64,000 bases of DNA from Octopus vulgaris (GCA_951406725.2 OX597816.1:117614001-117678000), one strand, 5' to 3'; shown: positions 36,934 to 51,790, counted from the stretch's first letter. The notes: a model not told the origin generated them from the letters alone. Made by a program: numbers and translations.

Positions 36934-39655
36934 TTATCACGCTCATTATTAACATTTTTAGGGCGGCCAGCGAATGCAGACCGCGGGACTTTCTGATTAG
37001 CACACCTAACAAAAAACTATCCTGAATTTTTTGGTTGGGCTGCCCGCCTGATGATGAGTCATGTCTCATGTGTCCTGCTTTTCAAACAAGATTGCCAATA
37101 CCTGTACAAAGCTAGAAGAAATTAGTAAATTAAAATTTCAGAAATTAGGTAACTTTATTATTTTTTTTACTTGAAAATTGCAAATAATCACTATTATTGT
37201 TTAAATATTTTGTACTATCGCCACTACATCAACTAATGAAGGTATAGGTGGGAAAATAAATTTTTCGTGAAATAATGTTTCTCTTCTTCCCTGAAACTAA
37301 TTGTGAGATAACGCCTCCTTCAGAGACAGAGTTTTGAATTCATGCTTTAAGGATAACATTTTTGTTTTTACTACACTTTTGTCTGTATTTTTAGAAAATA
37401 TTGATGGTGTGTGATGAACTTTCTGTTTATCTCCTACCTTATGAGATTTAAAAATCGGTGCAAGATGTTTACTAAAACTAGAAAAGTTTTGGTAATGGAA
37501 TTAGACAATGTAATGAAATTACATTGTGTAATTTCATTATTATATGCATTATATCTCCTGAGTATTCTTTCAGAATAATAGCTGCTGAATATATAAAGAG
37601 AAATCAATTGCTCAATACGAATTATTACTTCTATTCATAGGGCCTCTAGGTCGTTAAAAGTGTTATGTTCCATGTTCTCTGATTTTGCGAAACTATACAT
37701 GAGAAGAAGCAGATGTTCTTGTCATTGTTCTTGTTGCTACTCTTCTATTTCTTTGAAATTTTCAGTTACAGGGCGGTCTGTATGTTCAACTTTTCTTTTA
37801 TATATCTCATATTATGTAATATTGATGATACTCATCCCATAGTCCATTTAAATCATTATATACCCCAGCCATATGAGCTAGCACGATTAATATACTAGCC
37901 AAAGAAGGCTGGAAAAAAGAATTAAAAATAAGGAAAAAAAATTGGTCCTAACATTAAAAAAATATATATATAATGTCAATGTATTTTGTCTCAAAGAGAC
38001 GGAAAGTATTACCGCTTTGGACATAGACAGATAGTGAAGAGAGCTAATTAGATAAGAAAGATATGTCCATATGTTGCTAAAGGGTCATGTTAATGAGAGA
38101 TAACCAAAGCGGGAAAGTAGATACGTGGTTTGTTGGTAGAAGAGAATGTAGAAGGATAAGGGGTAGAAATGTGACCCATATGTGAAAAGATGAAGAATGT
38201 ATGAATTTGTATATGGATTAGCTTAACAGTATGTATGTATCTAAAATGGTCGAGTAATATGAGTGTCTTTGAAAGGTATTGGTGGTGGGGAAAAGAGGTA
38301 GAAAGGAATTAGAGGAAGATTTAGAAATAGATTCAATTACTCTGTATTCTACTCTTTCTTTTACTCAGTCGTTCTTAAATATATATAATCGTTCACAATA
38401 CAAAGGTCATTGAAACCGTGCTGCAGTTCCTGGCTTGTGTAACGGTAGTCAACATTGTCCTTATGACAGTATCTTATAGTAGTATTTTTTCAGAATATGT
38501 GAATGTAAAGTTACGATAGAAGGAAAAGATTGAATCTACTCCCGCGTATCTCTCAAGGATCTTACATTATAAGAATCGAAAAGAAGAGAAAGAAAAACAA
38601 ACCCGGCAAAAATATAACTCGGAAGTGATTTATCAACTTATCATAAAGCATTTATTCCAAAATTCTACATTTTCTGACATCACGCCACTTACAATATTTG
38701 TTCAAACTCCATTGATTGAAAATACAAAGGAAGACAGTTGTCGGTTTTGAACCGTAAACTTTATCTTTTATCTATCACAAAAATAAGCTGTATAGTGAGG
38801 ATCGCTGAACGCAAAATTTCACCAAGTTAAGCCTTTACATTGCTATGTTAGTGTAGGTGTGCAGCATCTTGCTAGGAATAAAATTCCATATCTTGAAAGT
38901 CCTCTGGAATGCTTGGCAAGGCAGATTGCCGTATTAAGTTAAAGTAAATGGGACCATTCACTTCGCAGAACCGCCTCCCACCCACCAAAAAAAAAAAAAA
39001 AAAAACATGAAAAAAAGAAAGAATCGTCCAATTAATTCTTTCGCTGTTAACCGCCCCATACTGTAACTTCTGGTCAATCTGATCTTCCTCCGTAAAATAC
39101 GGATTCTCACGTCCCCCACTGGCTTAAATTGTGATGGTTAATTGAGCCATTTTATTTAAATGCAGTTTCATCATTACAGACAATCTTTGTTGGATAGTGA
39201 GCATCAGCTACGTATCTTGCCAAGCACCATTGACAAAACTCCATTTTTCGACCTGGATCATCTTCACCGAGACTATGCTTGGAATGTAACGTTCCCGATT
39301 ACAGCGCTTCAAAATGTGATGGACACTTGATTTTGAAATTCCTATCTAACGATTCACCACAGATTTTCTTGAACACTGACAATACGTTTCTTGTATATTT
39401 TCTTGCTTTGTAGGGCTCGTCGACGGCCGCGGTCTTCCGGACAAAATAGTTAGAAACATTTTGTCCATCTTTAAGTTCTGTGCTCAAATTCCGCCGCTCT
39501 GGGCTATTATGAAACTATTATGAACATTTCCATCTCCTTCAAACATTTCTTAAATTCTAGTGATGGTAAATCGTTAAGTGGATCTGCTTGCAAGTCCTTC
39601 TAAAACTGTCTTTGCACTTCAACTGCATTTTAAAATTTCCAGTTACGCTTTGGGA

Positions 39656-40423
39656 CAGTGATTCTCAACGTTGGGCCTGGGAAAATTTTGAGTGGGCTTG
39701 GAAAAATTTTGAGGATGCCTGAGAAAATTTTGAGAGGGCCTTGGAAATTTTCTGGATTGGAAACAAGCTGTTTCAGTATTCAATTTGTAGTCTTTAATTC
39801 TAAAAAGTAACAAATCTAAAAGATCAAAAAGGAAGTCTCAATAATTGCACATCGAAGTTATATGTACATAAGTACATTTTGAATGTACCTATGAGAAAAA
39901 CATCACAAGTGAGTAAAAGTTCGTTTTTGTTAGTAACTAATCTCTACTTCTTGCCAATAAATAGGTCATCATTAACACTCCATCCTATTATCACACAGCA
40001 TGGTTATGCTGACCATGAAATTTTATGAAGAGAATGCACGACTTCCTTTTGCAATTCATTATGTAATTAACTGTAATTTGTTAGTCTTACCAACCTAATT
40101 GGAAAACATCAGCCGCAATATAGCTATTAAATTGCTTCTTTATTTCTTGTAAATAAAAAATGTAAATATACTTTCCTTCCACCTTTAGATGCTTTTTTTT
40201 TTTGCTTGCAGGTTCCATAAACAAGATGATATTATAACATTGATGTAGTATTTATTTAGCGATTGTGATTGTATCCGTGCATGATGCTGGCATGTGGAAA
40301 CAATTACTACTTTTTGGGGTTTATATTCCGAAGAGGGTTGGATAATTGTTTTAGAAGTCGGTGGGCTTGATATTTTTTGATCATAAAAAGTGGACCCATG
40401 ATGTAAAAGATTGAGAAATACTG
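39656..40423. mobile_element. Non-autonomous hAT (Charlie-like) element
   Basis: TIRs cagtgattctcaa / ttgagaaatactg; 8-bp TSD ctttggga / ctttagga; four ~21-bp subterminal tandem repeats at about 39672-39751. Confidence 0.85.
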
Positions 40424-40820
40424 CTTTAGGACAAATTTTCTTTGTTCAAAGCTTAGTCGGGGTCCTTTCATTATTTCTAATAGGATAAATCTAAAAAGAA
40501 ATGAAAATTGAGTTATCAGTTGTTAAAATGTGTATAAATATTTTGGGACACCGTGTATGTATGTATGTATGTATGTATGTATGTATGTATGTATGTATGT
40601 ATGTATGTATGTATGTATGTATGTATATCAATGGTGTGCTAGGTGTGCGCTGCAACCCACCAAAAATAACAATTCCTTATAAATATTAACCTTACTCATT
40701 GATTTAATCCCAAATCTTAATGGAAGATTTTCGTTATAACTCTGCTTGAAATTTGGTGGTATTGGGTGTGGTAGTGTACCCAATACAACAACCACCATAC
40801 GCCGCTGATATATATATATA

Positions 40821-41223
40821 GGCACAGGCGTGGCTGTGTGGTAAGAAGCTAGCTTCCCAACCACATGGTTCCAGGTTCAGTCCCACTGCATGGCACCTTG
40901 AGCAAGTGTCTTCTATAAAGTGGAGTCGCAATGGCCCAGTGGTTAGGGCAGCGGACTCGCAGTCGTAGGATCGCGGTTTCAATTCCCAGACCGGGCGTTG
41001 TGAGTGTTTATTGAGCGAAAACACCTAAAACTCCACGAGGCTCCGGCAGGGGTTGGTGGTGAGCCCTGCTGTACTCTTTCGCCTCACCTTTCTCTCACTC
41101 TTTCTTCTGTTGGCCTACTCGCTTAGCCAGCAGGGTGACGTCATTTGAAGGCTAAAACAATGCGAAGCGCATTGTCACCAGCGATGTGTAACAATGTCTG
41201 ATAGCCTGGTCGCTCACGGTGAT
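40821..41223 (+). mobile_element. SINE family B head (40821-40917) joined to a SINE family C copy (40922-41223)
   Basis: ggcacaggcgtggctgtgtggtaag...gtgtcttcta followed by ggagtcgcaatggcccagtggttagggc...cacggtgat. Confidence 0.85.
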
Positions 41224-41621
41224 ATATATATATATATATATATATATAGCAGCCCTTCCTGTTTGTTTTCACTGTCCTTTTTGTGTTATAGATTTTATGT
41301 TATAGATTTTATAGATTTTTATTTTCTTTTCTTTGCGGGAGCAACTGTTTTATCGAAGGCGTATCTTGTCGTGTATTGCTCGAAATATGGATTAGAAAAA
41401 CAGCCAACAACTGATGAAGGGTCGTTCTTTGTGTTGCGTGTCTTGCTTTCCATTTGTTTCTTTCGCTGTTTGTAAAAAAAAGTTCATATTCCAAGTATTC
41501 GTGTTTCGTATTTCATGTTTCCGTATTCTATGTTGTTTACATTTTGTGACGTCCTGTGCCCACATATGCATATGCATATACGTATATATGTATGTATGTA
41601 CATATACGTATGTATATATGC

Positions 41622-41700
<79 letters not shown>

Positions 41701-43715
41701 AACAACTAAGTGGCGTGATAAATCATGAGAAGGATTAGTTCTTTCATTTTATGATATTTCCTTTTTATCTTTCATCTACTGTTATGATATTGGATGACAG
41801 GGGAGTTTAATGTCTTTAATAGGGAACAGCTACACTGTCAGATCTATGTAAATTCTGAAAAAAAAAAGAAACAGAAAAAGAGAAAGAGAAAACAAACAAA
41901 ATCAATTCAGATCCACCCGTCATCGCAGCTTCTAGATGACGTCATCGGAGATTTTAAATCTATTTTTGCTTTATTAGATAAGTAACAAGATTTCCATGAC
42001 TAGAAAATTAAAAGTAAAATACATAATGCACGGCTACAAGAGTCTAGTAATGGTTTTCTTTTAAACCAAAAATCTTATTGCATTGTTTTAAAGATAATAT
42101 AGAGGAACGGGGAAGCTTCTTTGCATACTGCTTCATAAAACCTTTCCCTCGTTGCAGTTTCTTTACTTATCCGCATGTACTAGGACACATTACTTATTGC
42201 TGCTATTTTTATTACTTAACAAATTCAATTATTCAGTGTTTCTTATAATATACTGCTTAAATCATTTAGCTTTTAAAGGTTATTTAAGATTTCCATCTGA
42301 GTTCATCGACGTCATGGTATTTCTCCTTAAATTGAACAAGCAATTTATAACCATGGCAATCTGCGCTAGCTGAACCAGTTATGATTTTGGCACAGTTCAT
42401 GCAATTCCATTACAACGAACATTTTAATAAACCCGAACAGAGCAGAAGAGCTAAGTAAAAATGGATTATTTAAGGGCAACTAATTCCGAATGTACTAACC
42501 ATGACTAATTCAATTGGAATTAAATTTTCAAGATTTCAGTATCAAACACAATTAACGCACCTTTTATCAATGTCTTTTCCACCCCAAGCTCCTCCAGCAC
42601 CTACATACTTAGTGTTACCGCGTTCATCGAGTTTATTTCCTCTGGAAATATTTTCCGCTAAACCATGCATATACATAGACAAGATAAATGTATGTATGTT
42701 TTAGGTATGTAAGTATGTGTACACGGAGATATAGTATATATGTATTTATATATATTTGTTGGGAAATGTGTATGTTTATGTGTAGTGTGTGTGTATGTGT
42801 GTGTGTGCGTATGTGTGTGGTTATGTATAGTCTGTGTGTATGTGAACAGCGTCATTAGATTGGCACAAATATGTACATACACTCATATAGTTATATACAT
42901 GTATTTATATATTTGCGTATGCTACTTAAGTGTATCTATCTATCTGTCTGTCTGCCTGTCTGTATGTCTGTCTATGTGTGTACAGACAAAGACACAAACA
43001 AATATACACATAGTTACACACATTTATACACATTCATACGAAAGACAGAGAGTGACAGTGAGAAAGTGAATATGAGATGTATGCGGTTGATTGTCACTTA
43101 GTTGAAGGCTGCTTAATCGAAGGCACCTAACTTCATTAAAATCGATAAGTGAACAGACTTAATATGGCTGCTGACACCATCGTCCAACGTAGAAAATGTT
43201 AGTCGTGTAGAAACTGTACTTGTTTTATGTATGAAAAATATAGTTATATTGGGTAAATTTTATGTATAGTGTTGATACATTTAATAGAAACAATATATTT
43301 TTCTTGTGCATTGTCAATTTTTTCTCGAAACAGCATCTTATAAAACATTTCTCATTTATCTATTTCACTCTCTCTTCCTCTCTCTTTCTCTCCACCTGTC
43401 TCTCTCTCTCACACACACATGCGTACATATGTTCCTACATACAGATGTAGACATACATTACTACTTATATATATGTATACATTCGCACGTATGTTCAGAG
43501 AAGGAGAGCGAGAGATGGGGAGAGAGAAAAAGTTATGTCCAAACACCAGGTAAATTGCACAGAGCAAGACAGAAACACGTATACTATTCTTATCTCATCA
43601 ATTATTGATAGAAAATCAAGGCTGTTTCAGCATATTATAAACAAGATTGCTTAGTTCAGAGTACCGGTAGCTTTATGACAAATGCAAGCAGGAAATGATA
43701 TTGGGAGAATAGGAA

Positions 43716-43930
43716 GGTGGCGAGCTGGTAGAAACGTTAGCTCGCCAGGCGAAATGTTTAGCGGTGTTTCGTCTGTCTTTACGTTCTGAGGTCAAATTCC
43801 GTCGAGGTCAACTTTGCCTTTCATGCTTTCGGGGTCGATAAATTAAGTACCAGTTGCGTACTGGGGTCGATCTAATCGACTGGCCTTCCCCCGCCAAAAT
43901 TTCGGGCCTTGAGCCTTGAGTAGATAAGGA
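43716..43930 (+). mobile_element. SINE family A with a 16-bp target-site duplication
   Basis: gatattgggagaatag at 43697-43712 and 43929-43944. Confidence 0.9.
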
Positions 43931-44102
43931 TATTGGGAGAATAGATGCTAAAAAAGGATGATGCGACGAGACTTGACAATAACAATTATTCGTAAGTGTA
44001 AGAATAATTAGATACAACAAATATTTAAGTCGGTGGACACGCACACACATACACACATACACGTGTGTATGTGTGTGTATGAGTGTGTGCGTGCGTATGT
44101 GC

Positions 44103-44151
<49 letters not shown>

Positions 44152-47100
44152 TATGTGCTTGTTTCAACTGGCCTTTAGCGATCAGACATAGCTTGCCAGC
44201 ATGAAATGAGCAATAACTTGGTGTACTCATTATATGTATGCCTTCCCGCACACAAACGCATTAACATACATATGTTTCCCAACACAGAAATAGGTTACAG
44301 ATATGAAACGCATTTAAATGATTAGGAACAAAATTATAACAAGTGAAACATTTTTCTGTTTTCTGAGAAAAAAATATGATGATCTAATGGACGAACTGAC
44401 AACCACTTAGCCTACGATTCATGAGTTCATATCTCGTCGGTGGTTCTTCATCTTATTCTAAGCGAGGCACTTCATTCCAATAGACTCACGTATCTTGCAA
44501 GGAGTATAAATAAGAATAGGGGTTGCCAATCTAAGAAGAGAACTGGCAATAGGTTTTCTGTACTGACCTAAACTGTCTCCTGCTTTGACATAACTATTGA
44601 TGCTCGGTTGCCTTTAGTGTTCACTCGGTTGCATGTATTCTGACTGGATCTTTTATCCGAGAATAACTCGATACCTTGACGTGCTGCTTCTTGCTGCATT
44701 AACAAAAGAGTTTTGGTTCCATCTTGCCTTTCCTCATTTTCCTACTACAAAGGTTATGTACGAGTCATATTCTTCTTTCTTTGACTAATAGAACCGTCTC
44801 AGTTGTAATAAATATATGAAATTCAATTAACCTAGCAAACTCGCTTAAAGATAATATATGAGCGCCAGCTTTGATTTCATTCATTACAAAGTTTGAAAGA
44901 ATGAGAGATAAATGCTTTGGTCTGTGATACTCAATGCAGCAAAGAATACGATACGAACTTAGATTTTTGGGCCGTGAATTTTACCAGTGAAAACATAAAT
45001 CATTAAGGAACTCATTGTAGCATAACAATAAAACCCAATAATTGTCGTTGTATTATGCCTTAATTTAAACGCATATTTAATTCACTCACTATATTATAGA
45101 ATCATTTTAGGATGTTGAAAACTGTATCTCGTAGCATTTGTTCCGGCTTTGTGTACTCTTATATCAAAATCACACTGAGAACTCTTTGTTTTTCATCCTT
45201 TAGAGGTCAATAAATAAAGTACCAGTTCTAAATTACTCTCTCTCTCTCTCTTTCTTTCTCTCTCGCCTTCTCACAAGTTTTCTTCCTCTCTTTCTCTCTC
45301 TCACATGCACGCAAAAGTGCGTGCAAGTGAGAATTGCGTTAAAGGTACACGTGTCTATAGAATATTCAGCAACGGACGTATCAAATCCAGGAGATAGAAT
45401 TCAGTTAGTCGAATAATTGAATGCTCAGCACCGAGATCGCCAAAGAATTCGCCATCACTCACTCCTTTAACTATAGATCACATTAACCGAAGCAATATGA
45501 GGTGTTTGACTTTCCGGAGGATTGTCGAAGATTCTATTACAATTTAATTGTTATAAATCTGCCTGCTTTTGTGAAAGCAACAAGCATTTAAAAGTACACG
45601 TGGTTTAATTTATATTGCTAACTTAATACAACAAATATTTTAATGTCCATTATTTTCTATGATGGAACACCCATTTCATTGCAAACGTTGCCATGATATT
45701 GGAGTTTTATTTCTTTCTAAATGCAATATTTGTCAACAGTTTTGTGTAGCAGAAAGTAAAGCTTTTGCTATACAATGTTTGCCTTATGTAACTGCAAAAA
45801 CATGATACATCAGTATTTAAAAAAATAAATTTATGATACACAAGACACTTTTAAAGGAGCGGTAAATCGATTACATAGAGCCTAATTTTCAACTGGTTCT
45901 TATTTGAAGAAACTTTTATCTGCGAAAATAGTAGTAAAACTTACAAGTTACCGCCTGCCATATCAAAAAACAATGCCTAAAAAAGGCGGAATGATCACTG
46001 CTAAAATATTAAAAGCCCCCTTGATCAGTGCCGACACGATGGTAAACAACAGTAAAGAAGATAAAGAAGAATAACAAAATAATCATTTTTGAACAGTGCT
46101 GTCATTGGTCGACGTTTTCACGAATCAAAGAATCCTTAGTGACTAATATAGTTTTACTGAAATTCAGCTTGGTACGCCGGACAAAAATCCCTAGTTTTAT
46201 TTCGTCCGTCTTTACTCGCTGAGTTCAAATTCTGCTGAGGTTGATTTTGCATTTAATTCTTTCGGGGTCAATAAAATAAGTATTAGTTGCACACTAGCGT
46301 CCATGTAATCGACTTATTCCCCTCCTTTAAAATTGATGATTTCATGCAACCATTTCGAACATTAGCACAAATGGTACAAGCTTTGCTGGATTTGAACTCG
46401 GAACGTGCAGTACAGAACTAAATATCATAAAGTATTTCAACGACTCGCTAACGATGTGTCCATCATCAACTGCTCCTGCGTGCAAACCTGTGTGTCGTTG
46501 ATATTCACTTTTAAATTCTGTAGGTTGTTCTTCTCTGAAAGTAAAATGTGGACAGAGAGGGATGCAGTTTCGAAAAGTATGGACTGGGTAAATATTCCTC
46601 CTTGAGGTGCATGAGTGGGTTGCAGCGAGGTAAAATAGGAAGAAGTGGCTATATCGATGGGTTTCAGTGGGATACGCATAACACTTCAGTGAGTTACAAT
46701 TTTGAAATTGTTGTAGAGAAAAGCTAGGATTATTATCATAAATACACATCTTTCTATAAACCTCTTTCACGAATTTTGTTTTTTCCCTCTCTCTCACTGG
46801 CATCCTGTTTGTCTCTATTTTCTTTCTCGTCCTTTCTCCTATCGCGCTCTCTCACACCAGCGTTTTTTCTCACTCTAATCTTTCTCTAGAACATTTGGTT
46901 AATTTCTCCATACCACTTTTTTTAAAAAACTCGCTCCCACAATGTCTGCAGTACTATCTGCTTCTCTTTCTCAAACCTTTGTCTTTTGTTCTATAGTTTC
47001 CTTTCTCCGTCTCTGTAGTTTTCTTCCAAAATATTACATTATACGATAAAAGCCATGCAGTTATCACTTAAAAAGCAAAAAGCTATTAATATGTATTATG

Positions 47101-47951
47101 TCCACATATCCCTGGGGATAATATTTATAACTGACATTCTCCATCCTCAAACCATCTTTGAAACAAATCTAATCTTGTTTCAAAAATAGTTTTTGTTTTC
47201 GAGATACTCAAAATGTTATAATTTTCTTACACATTTACGCATAATCATACATTATTTGAATTTTTCTTGTTTGTTTTCTTTTAATTAAAAAAAACTCATG
47301 GAACAATTTCGTCATAATTAAAAATTCAAATTAGATTTGTATTTTTTAATTAACATATTATCAAACAAATCAGACATTTTCCGGGAGCCTTTGGGTAAAC
47401 TGACTTGATCTAAATATATATAAACACGGCCAAACTTCAGAAACTTTCTATTGATCAAAACCTTCGTTAATGTCATGATTCCACAAAGAGCTGGAATTAT
47501 TGTTGAAATTGAGAACTTCATAGTGAAATTTTGACTATAGTGCTACCAGATATTTTTTTTAAGAAGCAAGTCTATCAAGTGATACAAGCGCGTGCGCACA
47601 GGCACACACGCACCCCCCACACACAGATATGTACACTTGTACACACTCACAGATACAGACACACTCACGCTCACACACACTCCACATACACACTACACAC
47701 ACATACACACACATACACACACACACAACACACTCACATATATTAACTTGTAGAGGCGTGTGCCTTAATGGTTAGGCTCATGATCGTAATATTGTGGTTT
47801 AGATTCCTGGATCGGGCACTCCGCTCTGTTCTTGAACAAAACTGTCTGCTCAGCTGGCAAAAATGAGTGGGTGATATATACGCCATAGAAACTGGAAGCT
47901 GGCCTTTATCAATCTATATGACTCGGGAAGGAGCTTTATCTTTTCTTTTAT

Positions 47952-48022
<71 letters not shown>

Positions 48023-49874
48023 AACACACATACATCTATATACACACATATATGCTCACAAACGCAAACATGTATATCGCTTATAACAATATTCATTCTT
48101 GTAGTTTGCACATACGCCGGAATTTCTCCTGCTCCTGCTACTCCTCTTCTTCGAAAAACGGCTAAATGCTATAAGTCGGAACAGGGAGAAAATATAAATA
48201 TGGGCAATCAAGGTGGCTTAAAGCATTGTCTTGAAAAATATCTGAGTAACATGAAAGAGATATAGGAAACAAAAGAAGTTTATGAGCCAGCCACCACTCA
48301 ACCTATTATAAATATTGATCAAAATCTTCAAATCAAAGTCCACAGTTTTTAAACAAGGAACGACTCATAGGATAGTGTATAAACGAAGATAAACTTAAAA
48401 TTACAGGAAGTCAAAGGTGGGAGGTTTTTGTCCATAGAATCAAGTTTGGTATCGGACTAACTGATCTTATGAAAAATGGAATTCCAGCAATGAAATTAAT
48501 GGTATGAAATATGAATATCAACGATGAATTTAAAATCCAAAGTGTGCGTATTATCCAATTTAGTTTATTACTATTAGTGTCTATGTTCATATGTACCGGA
48601 GTGTACTCGTTGAAGAATCGATCAGCTATCATGCTTGTTAATGAAGGTGAGAGCGCTGAGAACCTTTGCTACACCACTCTTTCTTCAAGAGTTAACCTTG
48701 TTGTGAAGTAAGAGACTAATTTTATTACTATTTATCAACTACCGTAGAATAAAAGTAAGCACTCAGTGAACATATTAAAATTTATGGAAGTTTTCGTAGC
48801 ATCGACCATCTATAAAGAAAAATTATTAATTAAAGAAAAGAAATCTGTTCTCAATTGCAGTTAATTTAAAATTGCATAAAACAAAATGGAATGTATTTAA
48901 AAGATATTATTGCTCCATCATTACTGAAAGAACAATTTGAAGGTATAATAGCACTACTTAATTTTGGATGCAACAATCGTATCACAATGCATGTGCGTGT
49001 GTATAAGATATAATAAACGACAAAATAAGATTGTATCACAAGTTTTAGGATTAATTCTTGTTGCGAAAACTACTGCCAAAACGTTTCATCAAGTCGTGAA
49101 ATGTTCTTTAGTGATGTGGGAATTAATATTGAAAAAATTAATTTGCTCTTGCAGCAAACGGAACTTCAAACATCTGTGGTGTTAATAATTCTCTCTACAA
49201 GTTGATGAAATTATATAATCCAAACTAGATTCTCATACAATGCATCTGCCACTCTCTCCATTTACCTTGTTGCCAAGCTGTTAAAGAATTGCATTCTAAC
49301 ATTGACTATCTGTTGAGAAAAACTTATTATGCAACTGGTTCCACAGATCAACAGTGCGAAGGTAATCTTACATGGAAATATATAAATTAATCAACAACAA
49401 TGATTTCATTTTGAGCCACAATAAGGTTTAGCGAGAAATAATTGCATAAAAGGAATTTTTACTTAGTGGAGTGCATTAAACTTATATTTTCTGGCTGTAA
49501 AAAGTATCATGCATAGTATTTACTCAGATACAACTACCGAACTTAATTTAACATTTATGAGACGAGACCTGTATTGAGTGGAATCGAAAAAATTAATTTG
49601 TTATTCGAGAAAGAAATTGCAATTCACTGTAAAGTTTCAAGTAAATTTTCCTATCCTCAGTATGTGAATCTTGAAACGAATTTTGATATTGAAACAAATT
49701 AATTCCCATGTGCACCCATTCCACAAACACCATCGATTTTGGATAGAAGTTCTATAGCTTTTGGTTAAGTAAAGTTTCACCAAACCAACTCCTACAATGG
49801 TGTACAAAAATAGCATCTAAACTTTTAAAGACAGGTTTGTAAAGAACTTTTGAACCGTGTGCTTAGAAATATTA

Positions 49875-50076
49875 GTGTTAACCTTTGGCACAAGGCCAGC
49901 AATTTCGGGGAAGACGGTAAGTCGATACATCGTCCACAATATTAAACTGGCGCTTACTTTATAGTGCCCCGACAGGATGACAGGCAAAATCAGCTGAATT
50001 TGAACTCAAACGTAAAGACGGAAAGGACGAAATGCTGTTAAGCCCAGCATGCTAACTATTCTGCTGGCCCGCCGCC
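49875..50076 (-). mobile_element. SINE family A, diverged
   Basis: Reverse-complement similarity; flanked by duplicated tagaaatatt. Confidence 0.7.
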
Positions 50077-50494
50077 TTATGTTCCTAGAAATATTGAAAC
50101 CCTTTTGAAAAATTTTAGGTTTATATGCTAGAGTTTCAGTCATACATAATCATCTTTTGAATCTGCCCTTTCTAGTTTTGCGTAGGTCAATCTAAAACGG
50201 ACGACGTAGAGAACCAGTGGCGCAAACTGCTAACTTTTCATTGGAGAAAACTGTTTCCTGAAGAAATCCCTATAGACGTGTCAGAAAACACTTAAGATTG
50301 CAGCTGATGAACTACCATTATCAAGCTTTGTTTAGTAAAAAAGTTGTGAAGAGGAAAGTGAAATTTTTGTTACGTTAAAATTTTAATCATTAACACTTAA
50401 TTTCTTGTTGAAGATCAAATTAAAGTATCAACTAAGTAAATTAGAACCAACCTACAAGTAAGTCATATGAATACATACATACATACATTCATAC

Positions 50495-50565
<71 letters not shown>

Positions 50566-50573
50566 ATATATAT

Positions 50574-50605
<32 letters not shown>

Positions 50606-50660
50606 GTATGTATGTATATATATTCATACATACATACATACTGAGCCACGCGCCTTCACA

Positions 50661-50996
50661 GGCGCGTGGCTCAGTGGTTAGAGCGTCGAGCTTACGATCG
50701 TGAGGTCGTGAGCTCGAATCCCGGACCGGGCTGCGTGTTGTGTTCTTGAGCAAGACACTTTATTTTTCACGTTGCTCCAGTTCACTCAGCTGTAGAAATG
50801 AGTTGCGACGTCACAGGTGCCAAGCTGTATCGGCCCTTGCCTTTCCCTTGGACAACATCGGTGACGTGGAGAGGGGAGGCCTGTATGCATGGGCGACTGC
50901 TGGTCTTCCATAAAACAACCTTGCCCAGACTTGTGCCTCAGGGAGTAACTCTCTAGGTGCAAACCCATGGTCAGTGTCTGACCGAAGGGGGTCACC
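50661..50996 (+). mobile_element. SINE family D (tRNA-derived head)
   Basis: A box tggctcagtgg and B box gctcgaatccc; second copy at 63096-63409. Confidence 0.85.
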
Positions 50997-51264
50997 ATAT
51001 ATATATATATTATATTAAATTAGAGATAAAACCACTACTAAGCAAATCAAACTGAAAATCATAAGCCAATACATAGAAATAAAATTAATTAAAAAATATA
51101 TAAAAAAATATAAAATATAAAATATAAAAATCCAATTAAAATATTTAAATTAAAGTTAAAAATTAAAAAAATTATTTAAATTAATAATTTAAACTTATAA
51201 ATTATAAATATATATATATATTTTTATTATTATTTAATTTAATTATTTATTTTTTATTTTTATT

Positions 51265-51317
<53 letters not shown>

Positions 51318-51615
51318 TATGAATTTATGTATGTAAGTATGTCTCTTCTGTATTTAATCATTTAAATTCTTCCTCTGAAGAAGGAGCTGGTTTCTAGTAA
51401 AGATACAGAGCTTCATCTTTGGAATGTTGATAAGGAAAAGAATGAGAAAAATCACGTATAGTTTTACTGTTCCGCTTACAAATTGTGTTAGTAATTTGCG
51501 AATCAGTTGGCTGATTTCTTCTTCTGAAAATCCAAGTTTGTCCAGATTGACAGTTAAGCATTTACTTACAAAACTAACTGCTCCACTTTATAACTGGTAT
51601 ACATTTAAATTTGCA

Positions 51616-51790
51616 TGTATGTATGTATGTATGTATGTATGTATGTATGTATGTATGTATGTATGTATGTATGTATGTATGTATGTATGTATGTATGTAT
51701 GTATATATTTACGTATGTATGTATGTATGTATGTATGTATGTATGTATGTATGTATGTATGTACCTACGTATGTAAATATGTATGTATGT
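51616..51790. repeat. (ATGT)n microsatellite
   Basis: Direct reading. Confidence 0.95.

Noticed and set aside
39672-39751. Regularly spaced ~21-bp repeats (also the three repeats at 33552-33825) as a CRISPR-like array
   Set aside because: Degenerate tandem repeats without unique spacers, inside transposon derivatives; eukaryotic context and no cas genes.
46342-46803. 153-aa minus-strand ORF with faint similarity to a PLE thumb motif (YPTETHRY...HTFRNCIP)
   Set aside because: It spans a SINE fragment and low-complexity DNA, and the similarity is too weak to support.
51090-51310. Apparent inverted symmetry in almost pure A/T sequence
   Set aside because: Expected by chance in two-letter low-complexity DNA.
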